A stretch of DNA of 64,000 nucleotides, from positions 323 through 64,322 of the forward strand of contig JABCTV010000003.1 of the NCBI GenBank assembly GCA_018238205.1. The letters are read 5' to 3'. Shown one piece after another: positions 36,485-45,568 of the stretch (position 1 is the first letter of the stretch; every line of letters begins with the position of its first letter). A model generated the notes under the pieces. That model had not been told where the DNA came from. It saw only the letters and a program-made list of their open reading frames with translations, and ran no database searches. Made by a program: the position numbers and the translations under genes. The stretch comes from Candidatus Thorarchaeota archaeon. Lineage in GTDB: Archaea; Asgardarchaeota; Thorarchaeia; Thorarchaeales; Thorarchaeaceae.

Positions 36485-36619
36485 GAATTCAACCATTGTG
36501 ATAATGTGGAATGAATCATCGTCAGAAACCATGTCTTATCAAATACTTCGATTGGACAAGCTTCATATAGGACAGCTTTGTCCATCGGCCAAATCAGCGA
36601 CTAAATTTGGTGACCAATT

Positions 36620-38614
36620 TTGTCAGAAGATAAAAAGATTAAAGTTTATAGCCAGGAAGAAAGGCGTTTTGACCCTCCGAAGAGCTTCATCGATAAGGCT
36701 TTTGTAAAAAGCCATGAAGAGCGAATGAAGATCTGGAAAGAGTCTGTCGAAAACACTGACGAATACTGGCTCAAAGCAGCCAAGGAACTTTGTTATTGGA
36801 AGAAAGAACCAACTATAGGATTTGAGTGGGAAGATATGAAGAACATTCAATTTTCCTGGTTCAAAGACGGTGTAACCAACATGGCTTACAACTGTCTTGA
36901 CAAACATGTCGAGGCAGGCAAGGGCGACCAGATCGCTTTGATCTGGCAAGGTGAACCCCTTGAAGAGTCAAAGACTTACACTTTCAGTCAGCTTCTAAGC
37001 GAAGTCAATAAAGCTGCAAACGTCCTGAAGAACCTAGGTGTTAAGAAGGGCGACCGGATTACTATGTATCTCCCCATGATTCCTGAACTCGCAATCATCA
37101 TGCTTGCATGTGTCAGAATTGGTGCGGTACACAGCATTGTCTTCGGTGGTTTCAGCGCCGATTCAGTCAAGGACAGAATCATTGACTGTGAAGGAAAAGT
37201 GCTTGTCACAGCTGACGGTTACTACCGTTCTGGTAAGACCATCCCACAGAAGAAGGGTGCAGATAATGCAGTTGCAGACCTAGATATTGTTGAGAAGGTT
37301 CTTGTTGTCAAGAGAGTCGGAATCGACGTTCCATGGACTGAAGGCAGAGATGTCTGGTACCATGAAGAATACGCAAAAGTTGACGACAAGTGTGAACCCG
37401 AGTGGGTAGGTGCAGAGGATCCATTATTCATCCTATATACCTCCGGCTCAACTGGTAAGCCAAAGGGTGTTCTCCACACAACTGGAGGATACATGACCTA
37501 TACAACTCACACCTTCAAGCATATTTTCGACTATCACCCAGGTGATGTCTACTGGTGTACTGCTGACATTGGCTGGATCACTGGACATTCATACATTGTC
37601 TATGGTCCCCTCTCAGCTGGAGCTACAACCCTGATGTTTGAAGGGACTCCTGCAAGCGAGGCCGAAAATATGGAACGCTTTTGGCTAGAAGTCCAGCGAT
37701 GGAAAGTTAACCAATTCTACACTGCTCCCACAGCAATCAGAGCAATCATGAGATTCGGTGACGAACCCGTCCTGAAATATGACATGTCCAGTCTGAACTT
37801 ACTCGGTACTGTTGGTGAACCAATCAACCCAAAGGCTTGGATATGGTACCACGAAATAGTCGGTAAGGAAAAGTGTCCAATTGTTGATACATACTGGCAG
37901 ACAGAAACTGGTGGTGTTATTCTTACACCCCTTCCTGGTGCCAACGCAACAATCCCTGGAAGCACAACCTTCCCATACTTTGGTCTTGATCCTATCATTG
38001 TTGCAGAAGACGGTGTTCCCGTAGGTGCAAACGAGGGTGGTTATCTGTGCTTCAAGAAGCCTTGGCCTGGTCTTATGAGAACAGTCTATGGTGACCACAA
38101 ACGCTGGATTAACACTTACTGGTCCCAGTTCAAAGACCCCAAATCTGGTGACCCAATGTACTACACTGGCGATGGTGCCCGATTCAATAGTGATGGCTAC
38201 TACTTCGTCATGGGTCGTCTTGATGACGTTCTCAAGGTATCTGGTCACAGACTCGGTACTGCTGAGATTGAGTCCTCACTGGTCAAGCATCCTTCAGTTG
38301 CAGAATGTGCAGTTGTTGGAATGCCCCACGAAATTAAGGGTGAAGCGATTTACTGCTTCGTGACCCTTAAGATGGGAATCGAAAAGACCGAAGAGCTTCG
38401 TCAGGAGCTCCGCAAGCATGTACGTTCTGATGTAGGTCCAATTGCAACTCCTGAAAAGATTCAGTGGGCTGATGCATTGCCAAAGACTCGTTCTGGAAAG
38501 ATAATGCGTCGAATCCTGAAGCTTATTGCAGCTGGAAAGGTTGATGACCTTGGTGACGTTACTACCTTAGCTGACCCAACAGTCGTAGAAAATCTTGTCA
38601 AAGAACGCGTCTAG
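36620..38614 (+). CDS. acs: acetyl-CoA synthetase (AMP-forming)
   Basis: 664 aa. YTSGSTGKPKG (A3), YWQTETGG, YYTGDGA and LPKTRSGKIMRRIL (A10, Lys codon at 38498-38500) are all canonical for Acs. Confidence 0.95.
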   Translation: MSEDKKIKVYSQEERRFDPPKSFIDKAFVKSHEERMKIWKESVENTDEYWLKAAKELCYWKKEPTIGFEWEDMKNIQFSWFKDGVTNMAYNCLDKHVEAGKGDQIALIWQGEPLEESKTYTFSQLLSEVNKAANVLKNLGVKKGDRITMYLPMIPELAIIMLACVRIGAVHSIVFGGFSADSVKDRIIDCEGKVLVTADGYYRSGKTIPQKKGADNAVADLDIVEKVLVVKRVGIDVPWTEGRDVWYHEEYAKVDDKCEPEWVGAEDPLFILYTSGSTGKPKGVLHTTGGYMTYTTHTFKHIFDYHPGDVYWCTADIGWITGHSYIVYGPLSAGATTLMFEGTPASEAENMERFWLEVQRWKVNQFYTAPTAIRAIMRFGDEPVLKYDMSSLNLLGTVGEPINPKAWIWYHEIVGKEKCPIVDTYWQTETGGVILTPLPGANATIPGSTTFPYFGLDPIIVAEDGVPVGANEGGYLCFKKPWPGLMRTVYGDHKRWINTYWSQFKDPKSGDPMYYTGDGARFNSDGYYFVMGRLDDVLKVSGHRLGTAEIESSLVKHPSVAECAVVGMPHEIKGEAIYCFVTLKMGIEKTEELRQELRKHVRSDVGPIATPEKIQWADALPKTRSGKIMRRILKLIAAGKVDDLGDVTTLADPTVVENLVKERV

Positions 38615-38630
38615 AAGTTAAATTAGTTTA

Positions 38631-38668
38631 AGAGAGACCTGGAAGGGTTTCTCCTACCTCTCTTTTTT
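38631..38668 (+). terminator. stem-loop plus T-tract after acs
   Basis: AGAGAG...CTCTCT arms flank a 21-nt loop and are followed directly by TTTTT (38664-38668). Confidence 0.35.
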
Positions 38669-38680
38669 CAAAATTCAAGT

Positions 38681-39406
38681 TCAGTTCTCAACAATATTTT
38701 GATTTGCCAGAATTCGGATTAATGAGAAACCAATTGTTAGTCCTACTACTACCGCCATTAACACTTTCAAGGGAGTAACAAATCCCGCCCCCCACCACAA
38801 TATCTGTAATCCTTCAACGGTAAGGCCGTAGAAAAACCAGTATGTCTGGCACGGAACAAGAAAGAATACACGAAGCAGAACATCAGATTCTAATCCTATT
38901 ACAGTTGCAAAAAGAAGGCCTATAACATTTCTGCGATCTCCAGACTCAGGCCACAATCTCGTATTGACAATCACAGAGAATAATACTAGAACTCCAAATC
39001 CAACTAGAACATCCCAAATCCCCCATAAAGGAAGTTGCCAAGAAACTGGTGTTACCAAGTATGCAAGAAGTAATCCCGTGTAGATAATAAAAACAGGTTT
39101 CCATCTTCGTTGAAAAACAAGCCCCGAAATTCCTGCTCCTAGCGGAGCTCCCCACATGAAGAGTAGCTCGTAGGGGTTTCGGAAGTAGACTAGATGTCCG
39201 ATGAAACTACCCATAGCAATCGATGCTGCACCACCAATTGGTCCTAGAATAATCCCAAAGAGGGGACTCATTAGGAATAACCAAGAGTCCCAAACACCGC
39301 CATAGAATCCTGGAATGATTGGTATGGAGTCAAGGACGGCTGCTAGCGCGGTAAAAATTGCCATGAATGCAACAAAACGACTACTTGTTTCAAGAGAAAC
39401 TGTCAT
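38681..39406 (-). CDS. hypothetical polytopic membrane protein (S-component-like)
   Basis: 241 aa with 6-7 TM helices. The N-terminus FVAFMAIFTALAAVLDSIPI resembles ECF S components. Weak call. Confidence 0.45.
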   Translation of the reverse strand: MTVSLETSSRFVAFMAIFTALAAVLDSIPIIPGFYGGVWDSWLFLMSPLFGIILGPIGGAASIAMGSFIGHLVYFRNPYELLFMWGAPLGAGISGLVFQRRWKPVFIIYTGLLLAYLVTPVSWQLPLWGIWDVLVGFGVLVLFSVIVNTRLWPESGDRRNVIGLLFATVIGLESDVLLRVFFLVPCQTYWFFYGLTVEGLQILWWGAGFVTPLKVLMAVVVGLTIGFSLIRILANQNIVEN

Positions 39407-39498
39407 CTCCTTTTTGAGGTTTGGAAGGTTGATTTAAATCCGTTCCTTTCAACCCCTCCAAGTTAGGAGTGGTCTATTGAACCACTCCCTAGGTTGTA

Positions 39499-40653
39499 TT
39501 ATTTCCTTTTCCACATCACAACAATTACTCCAACTACTACGACCACTCCACCAATCATAGCTCCAGGAATCATCCATTGCATAGCGTCCTGTCCTTGCGT
39601 TGTTGTTATAGGAAGTTCCTCTAAAACACTGAACTCTACAGCATCGATGAACTCAACATAATTCAAGAAGCAATCCCAAACATAGAGATCCACGGTATAG
39701 TTACCAATATCCAAATCTCTGATTGTGCATTCAAACAGACCTACTGTTTCAGTACCATTCATTCCTACGTAGTACGTGAAAAGATCAAATCTCCCTCCAG
39801 TTTCATTCAATTCGAAGATCTTACAATTGACCATATGAACCAATGTTTCATCATCAAGACTAACAGTTAATGTTGTATCGATATCCACAGCACTGGGCGA
39901 TGGACTTAGTGATGCGCTCATCAATGTAGGTGCATTTGGATCATAGTAATCTACTGCTGCAGCAATCGCATTGCAAGTATCTTCTCTGTAGAATGAACTT
40001 CTAACGCTCGTGATGATGTTTCCATCTGTAATCGGGGGTACAGACGCAAAGAATGTTGCTCCAGCAGCTTCATACTCAGTTTGGTAATCCCGATGTCCCG
40101 TGACGTTCTTTCCATCAATAACACCGGCATCTGCTAACACTCGTACCGCGCGGCACCATGCCGTGACAACAAGATTCTGACTTACTGCATCTCGGATCAC
40201 ATCCAGAGCAGTTCCATTCGCTCGCAGTGTATCATGAGATGAACCAGGCATTACAGTAAGAATATCATATTCTGTTACATCATCAATCTCAGTAAGTATG
40301 ATATCAACATCTAACGGTGTACCCCCACCGAATGTGCATTCATTGATGGTTTGATTGAGCGCAGTTGTTGTTATGTCCCACCCAAAGCGCTCAAAGACAA
40401 TTCTGATATAACTGTAACAAGTTCCGTACTCGTTGTCCATTACAAAGAGAATCTTAATTGGATCTGCTGCCTGAGTATCTGCGTAAACAAGAAACGGAGA
40501 AGTAATTCCAACACTGATAGTTAGAGTAAGAAGAAAACACACTCCAAATATTAGATGTCGCGTTTGTTTTCTTTTCAAATATGAATTAATCATGGCTATT
40601 GCACTAGGCCATATTCCTGCACAAAATTCCCTAATATAATATGGTTGACGCAA
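39499..40653 (-). CDS. secreted DJ-1/PfpI-like (class I glutamine amidotransferase-like) domain protein with C-terminal anchor
   Basis: The segments ILFVMDNEYG, DILTVMPGS and VVTAWCRAVRVLADAGVIDGKNVTGH contain a nucleophile-elbow-like Cys. An Ig-like C-terminal region follows. TM anchor GGVVVVVGVIVVMWKRK. Confidence 0.5.
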   Translation of the reverse strand: MRQPYYIREFCAGIWPSAIAMINSYLKRKQTRHLIFGVCFLLTLTISVGITSPFLVYADTQAADPIKILFVMDNEYGTCYSYIRIVFERFGWDITTTALNQTINECTFGGGTPLDVDIILTEIDDVTEYDILTVMPGSSHDTLRANGTALDVIRDAVSQNLVVTAWCRAVRVLADAGVIDGKNVTGHRDYQTEYEAAGATFFASVPPITDGNIITSVRSSFYREDTCNAIAAAVDYYDPNAPTLMSASLSPSPSAVDIDTTLTVSLDDETLVHMVNCKIFELNETGGRFDLFTYYVGMNGTETVGLFECTIRDLDIGNYTVDLYVWDCFLNYVEFIDAVEFSVLEELPITTTQGQDAMQWMIPGAMIGGVVVVVGVIVVMWKRK

Positions 40654-40677
40654 GTTTTTACAAACTCATATTGAAAA

Positions 40678-42774
40678 TCAGCGCCAGACTTCTCCGTACT
40701 TCTTCTTGAAGCTTTCCGCCTTCTCATGAAAGCCATATTTAATCCAAGCTGAGTGTGCGGTATCAAAGGTTTCTCGAGCTAATTTTAGATATTTCTCACT
40801 CTCTAGTTTCTTCCAGACGTGGATAAGTATCTCAATGAGAGGACTAGCCATCATTGCTACTTCATAATCATACTTGCTACTATCTTGGACTGCAATTCTG
40901 TTTAGTGCAATGACTCTGTTGGTCATCCTTTCTAAATCTGAATCATTTAGAATATCTAGGACCAGTGTCGAATGGAAACTAGCAGTGATAATATCATCTC
41001 GACAAATCACACCCTTGGATACAAACCATTCTTGGATGTCAAGGATGATTTCTATACATCTCTTCAGAACTTTGATTCGTTCTTCCCCTTCCAAAACTAA
41101 TGATGCCATGGACGTTAGTGTAGATATCGTATTTCCAAAGTTCGTTGCATACATTTCCGGTCTTGTTATTTGTGAGGCATCAACTGTATTGATGTCAAGC
41201 AAACTCATAGCTAGGAATACCATTCGCACTGCAACTTCTGGCATGTTTTTTGATCTAGTTAGTACAGGACATAGGGCGTTTGCAACAACAAATAGTGAGA
41301 AACGCACTCGTGATTTTGGCCATTCCTCATCGATCACACTGAAAATATCAGACACAAACTCAATGGATTGGTCCATGTGTTGATTGCGCATTTCACCAGT
41401 GGCTAAGAAATAGTACTCCGCATGTGCAACACTCAAACTCTGAAAAACACTATCCAGAGTGTATGCAAATAATGGAATATCTGCACCCATCAGTCCTCTG
41501 AAGTAATCCTTGTACAACATCAATACTTCTTCAAGTATCTCTTTTCTCTCACCTATTGTAAGTACCGGCGATTCAGTGAGAGCAGTGAGTACTGCAATGT
41601 AATTTTGAAGCTTGAGCGAAGCTGTTATCCCTATCTCAATACCCTTTCCTTCTTTTTTCAATTCCCAGAGAAGGTCCGAATCCATTACCCAATTGATATT
41701 GCTTAGAATGCTTGAGATATTTGACTTGTATACTCCCAGTTCACTACGAAAACCATCATAGCTTGTGATTGAATAGAGCTTTTCAAATAACTTACCTCTT
41801 TCATCTATCGCTTCAATGAATGAGCATACAACCTCTGACCTCTCCTTGTATATATTGACTAGATTTGATGCAAAATCAGGATAGTCTACTACATAGGCAT
41901 CAAGAAAGAGGAAACCCAGCATTAGATGCTCAGTATCATTTAGAAATTCAAACCGTTTGATTGCCACTCGAAAAGCACGTGAATAATCCGCAGGAATATT
42001 GGCACCAGATATATAGCCGACTAGTGTTCTTGCTAGATCAGTGAAAGGATAATCCTCCGAGAGCTGCGCAGATATTTCTATTAACTCTGCTAATGTTGGT
42101 GACACGACTTTTGTCATAGAGTGTGTCAATGCTCCCATCTTGATACTGAATACTCCTGCAAGTGGTCCTTCTATGTCCATTGCAATTGCACATGCACGAT
42201 CAAATTCACCCTGAAGAGCACATTCCAGAGCTTCTTCAAGAGTACCACTCACTTTTGACTTGAACCCATTCCATTTCTCAATTGGTTCAGATCTACCAAG
42301 TAGTGCTTCCACGTCATTGATTGCTTTCGATAGTTTAGCATCCTTTTTCATTGCTTGAACAATAGGTTCCCATACCATTGTCAAAGTTTCTGGAAAACCT
42401 GCATCAATATGCTCTCTCACGTAGGTTCCCAATATCTCATCTACAATGATCATATGATTATCATTAACGGCTCCGTCTGCAGGTGCTATATCTGAGTCAT
42501 CAATCGCATCTGCAATAACTCTTAGGAGACTGTCCATGTAGTCCTCTGCTTTACTAACTAAGGCAACAATCGTGTACCCTTTACTCGTTTCTGTTACGAT
42601 TAGGGTATTATCTCGAAAACCAAGTTTCCTAACCTCTCCACTACCCATAACATTACTCAGTGCCTTTGCTGCTTCTATCAGAGGACCAAGAATAAGTTCC
42701 CCCTCTGCATCCATCGAGCTTTTGACCGTTACTGGAACTCCGCCATGTGTAAGAATACCAATTAATCGTATCAT
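40678..42774 (-). CDS. Roadblock/LC7-like N-terminal domain fused to a ~600-aa alpha-helical domain
   Basis: The first ~95 aa are MIRLIGILTHGGVPVTVKSS...LIVTETSKGYTIVALVSKAEDYMDSLLRVIADAI, which has the alpha-beta-alpha Roadblock/MglB pattern. The remainder is helix-rich with no motif I recognise. Confidence 0.55.
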   Translation of the reverse strand: MIRLIGILTHGGVPVTVKSSMDAEGELILGPLIEAAKALSNVMGSGEVRKLGFRDNTLIVTETSKGYTIVALVSKAEDYMDSLLRVIADAIDDSDIAPADGAVNDNHMIIVDEILGTYVREHIDAGFPETLTMVWEPIVQAMKKDAKLSKAINDVEALLGRSEPIEKWNGFKSKVSGTLEEALECALQGEFDRACAIAMDIEGPLAGVFSIKMGALTHSMTKVVSPTLAELIEISAQLSEDYPFTDLARTLVGYISGANIPADYSRAFRVAIKRFEFLNDTEHLMLGFLFLDAYVVDYPDFASNLVNIYKERSEVVCSFIEAIDERGKLFEKLYSITSYDGFRSELGVYKSNISSILSNINWVMDSDLLWELKKEGKGIEIGITASLKLQNYIAVLTALTESPVLTIGERKEILEEVLMLYKDYFRGLMGADIPLFAYTLDSVFQSLSVAHAEYYFLATGEMRNQHMDQSIEFVSDIFSVIDEEWPKSRVRFSLFVVANALCPVLTRSKNMPEVAVRMVFLAMSLLDINTVDASQITRPEMYATNFGNTISTLTSMASLVLEGEERIKVLKRCIEIILDIQEWFVSKGVICRDDIITASFHSTLVLDILNDSDLERMTNRVIALNRIAVQDSSKYDYEVAMMASPLIEILIHVWKKLESEKYLKLARETFDTAHSAWIKYGFHEKAESFKKKYGEVWR

Positions 42775-42953
42775 TAGGGGGACTCCTCGATGTCACAACT
42801 ATGCAGAATCTCGGAGAAAAGGATTATGGGTATTGTTTAGGTCAGTTTTCTTTTGAAGTTCTTCTATCAACATAGTAAAGTATCTCGAAAGTATTTTCGA
42901 GCGTCTTAAATATTAGCAATTGCACACCAAGTCTGTTGCATAGGTGATAATTA

Positions 42954-43823
42954 ATGTGTGAGTGGTGTCTGAAACACGGTGACGGTGGAAAATGGTATGA
43001 GAATGCTAGACTCTATCATCAAGAGCTTGCTGACGAGTACAATTGCAGTGAATACCTGGAAGAACAATGGAAGAACATGGAAACACTATTTATCCGTAAG
43101 ATTATGGGTTTCAATTCCATCGGTCTAGGATATAAGATGAGGATGCCAATCATTGGCCGAATTATTCGACATGTGGTTGAAGGCCAAATTCACAGTGAGA
43201 AGAAGAATAGAAATCCTGTGCGGGCTGATGGACACTTTGGTCAGGTTCTACCTCTAGAGGATGCTCAACATATTATAGGTAATCTTGCTGCAGAACCTAT
43301 AATCAAGAACTACTGTGTGTGCAGATGGATGCAGAGAGGCGTCAAGGATGCAGTATGTATCAACTTTGGTCAATTATCCGAAGTCATTGAAAAACACACA
43401 AGGTACATTCCAGAAGGTGTGAAGTATCGATTGGATCGTGAAGAAGCAATTGAGGCGCTTCAGGAACAGAACGAGAAAGGATACGTTGCATCTGTATGGT
43501 TCCAACCTGTACCTTACATTAATGCAATCTGTTCATGTGAAACTCCCGAATGTGGTGGTCTCCGATTAAGGAACGATTTTGATTTGAGAACCGTTTACAA
43601 GGGTGAATATGTAATCGATATTGACATTGACAATTGCCAAGGCTGCAAAGAATGCGTTTCGATGTGTCAGTTCAGTGCATTACGGTATCTTCCATCAATA
43701 AAGCGAGTAATTGTAGACTTGGACAAGTGTTTCGGGTGTGGAGTCTGCAGACATGCATGCAATCATGATGCACTCAATCTGATCCCACGTGATGAAGTTC
43801 CAGGACAAGCAGGAAAGTACTGA
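42954..43823 (+). CDS. Fe-S protein with C-terminal 2x[4Fe-4S] ferredoxin domain
   Basis: CQGCKECVSMC and CFGCGVCRHAC motifs at the C-terminus. Additional Cys motifs are present at the N-terminus (CEWC) and mid-protein (CSCETPEC). Confidence 0.6.
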   Translation: MCEWCLKHGDGGKWYENARLYHQELADEYNCSEYLEEQWKNMETLFIRKIMGFNSIGLGYKMRMPIIGRIIRHVVEGQIHSEKKNRNPVRADGHFGQVLPLEDAQHIIGNLAAEPIIKNYCVCRWMQRGVKDAVCINFGQLSEVIEKHTRYIPEGVKYRLDREEAIEALQEQNEKGYVASVWFQPVPYINAICSCETPECGGLRLRNDFDLRTVYKGEYVIDIDIDNCQGCKECVSMCQFSALRYLPSIKRVIVDLDKCFGCGVCRHACNHDALNLIPRDEVPGQAGKY

Positions 43824-44121
43824 GGTATTTCTAATGGTAAAAAAGACAGTTATCAAGGTGGATTATTCCAAGTGTCATACCGGAGCAAGCACCGACCCTC
43901 GCGATTGTAGAAAATGTCTTCTAATATGTGACCCCGCAGTATTTCTTATGCATCCTACGTTAGAGGATGACCATCCAGACCCTCATAATCCTGAGATTTG
44001 GAGAATTGATCCGATTTGGCTTTCAAAGTGTACTGGTTGTATGAAGTGCGTGGAAGCATGTCCTGAACAGGCAATTACGGTTATTCCAGGGACTTCACTT
44101 CATGAGATGAAGGCACGCTGA
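43789..44121 (+). CDS. small ferredoxin-like Cys-rich protein
   Basis: CRKCLLIC and CTGCMKCVEACP motifs. The likely start is MVKKTVIKV at nt 43834. Its 3' end overlaps the convergent gene 44081..45073 by 41 nt. Confidence 0.5.
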   Translation: MMKFQDKQESTEVFLMVKKTVIKVDYSKCHTGASTDPRDCRKCLLICDPAVFLMHPTLEDDHPDPHNPEIWRIDPIWLSKCTGCMKCVEACPEQAITVIPGTSLHEMKAR

Positions 44122-45073
44122 GCGTAGTTATTGGTCTTGACTGAAGAATTACAAGGCCGCCATCGGGACGAATACACCATTCGATATCCTGAGGGGATTC
44201 CATGCCACTTTCGACTTTCATTCCAACATCCGCAATATCGAACAGCGTTTGCTCATCCAGAGAAAATTCAGATTGTTTGTTCGTTGGAGTTTTTGATATG
44301 GTTGGTTGATCTCTCGCAGGCAGAGAGGTGAATTCTTTCCCACCTAAAACACGTTGAATCACACTCAGTGGATTCTTAGTCAGAATGTATGTATCAGGCA
44401 CTATTTTCCCTGAAACTAAAGAATCACCTAGGCCCCACGTTGCATTGATCAAAATCTCTTCAGTATTATTATTAACAACATTAGCGGTAAACATCACGCC
44501 CGAGATATCTGCTGGAATCATTTCCTGAATTATAACAGCCATCTTGACCTGTTTCATGGGAATTTTTTTGGTCTTTAGATAGATGACCGCACTTTCCGAA
44601 AACGCCGATTGCCATACCCTCTTTACCGATTCAAGGATGTCCCTTTGATTCTCCACGCAGAGAAAACTCTCCGCCTGTCCAGCAAACGAGATATCGATAC
44701 GATCCTCGATTGTTGCTGAAGAACGTACAGCGAAACCAATCTCACTGTTCTTAGTTATCTCTTGGAGGTGTTTGAACTTTTCAAAAATTTCAGTTTCCAG
44801 AATCTCAGGTAAGCTGTAGTTTCCTATTATTTCCTGTAAACTAGCAGAAATCTCAATTATCTTTTCAAAATCATCAGAATCGTCTATTATTTTTAGCAAG
44901 CTAACAAGATCTTGATTACTCTCTACCATTTGGACAAATGCATTACTGGAAATGGAAAGACTTCTTGGAACACGAAATCCCAAATGTGCCAATTTCGCAA
45001 GATTTGCTGCCTTTCCTCCATGAATTTCAACATCTTTTGGTTGAATGTCTTCAAGAGAGTGAACCATTTGCAA
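44081..45073 (-). CDS. PEP/pyruvate-binding (PPDK N-terminal ATP-grasp) domain protein
   Basis: The segments GGKAANLAKLAHLGFRVPRSLSIS, AVRSSATIED, AGQAESF and VIIQEMI are the nucleotide-binding domain signatures of PEP synthase, PPDK and RPH. Confidence 0.75.
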   Translation of the reverse strand: MQMVHSLEDIQPKDVEIHGGKAANLAKLAHLGFRVPRSLSISSNAFVQMVESNQDLVSLLKIIDDSDDFEKIIEISASLQEIIGNYSLPEILETEIFEKFKHLQEITKNSEIGFAVRSSATIEDRIDISFAGQAESFLCVENQRDILESVKRVWQSAFSESAVIYLKTKKIPMKQVKMAVIIQEMIPADISGVMFTANVVNNNTEEILINATWGLGDSLVSGKIVPDTYILTKNPLSVIQRVLGGKEFTSLPARDQPTISKTPTNKQSEFSLDEQTLFDIADVGMKVESGMESPQDIEWCIRPDGGLVILQSRPITTLSVPSSHEVKSLE

Positions 45074-45077
45074 TTAA

Positions 45078-45467
45078 TCACTCACTCCGTAACAAGAGTA
45101 CGCCAGTAGTTCCTTCATCAGGTCTAATCATTACATGTTTTCTGTCTAAATTCTTGGGATGCTCTACTTTAGTGCCCATCAGTGCTGGTATTTCGAATTC
45201 CCTAGTAACAATAGCAAGGTGTGATCCAAGGGCTCCAGTTATGCAGACCACGCCTGCAAGCTTTGATAGAACTGGTGCTAAGAAAGTGGTTCCACCATCA
45301 TTTACGAGGACAATTTTTCCATCAGCACCCTCCTTCAGGAGCTGGATTACTTCTTTCATGGTGGTGATGTACCTTAGCTCTCCCTCAGCTGTACGTTTCA
45401 GTGAGATGAGTCCTCGTGCGACCTCTTTCAACTTGACATCCTTCCTCAGGCTCTCCGCGTGACACAT
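45078..45467 (-). CDS. PEP-utilising enzyme mobile (swivelling phospho-histidine) domain protein
   Basis: The segment GVVCITGALGSHLAIVTREFEIPALMG contains the conserved catalytic His context. 129 aa. Its coding region ends 4 nt upstream of the ATP-grasp gene's start codon. Confidence 0.75.
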   Translation of the reverse strand: MCHAESLRKDVKLKEVARGLISLKRTAEGELRYITTMKEVIQLLKEGADGKIVLVNDGGTTFLAPVLSKLAGVVCITGALGSHLAIVTREFEIPALMGTKVEHPKNLDRKHVMIRPDEGTTGVLLLRSE

Positions 45468-45568
45468 TTAGCATGTAATAAGCTTCACGTTACTATTCTG
45501 AAACGCTTAATACTCACGTTTTCGTTGGTCCTGCTTCAGATATGCAATAATTTACAGGAGCAATAGCA

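Noticed and set aside
36435-36707. 90-aa ORF upstream of and overlapping the acs start
   Set aside because: It spans the terminator hairpin and T-tract of the upstream gene and the acs promoter region, and its composition is low-complexity. It is most likely non-coding.
37799-38248. 149-aa and other antisense or alternative-frame ORFs inside acs; similar cases occur inside valS, the 698-aa gene and the MFS genes
   Set aside because: They are fully embedded in strongly supported genes with canonical motifs. Such shadow ORFs are typical of long genes.
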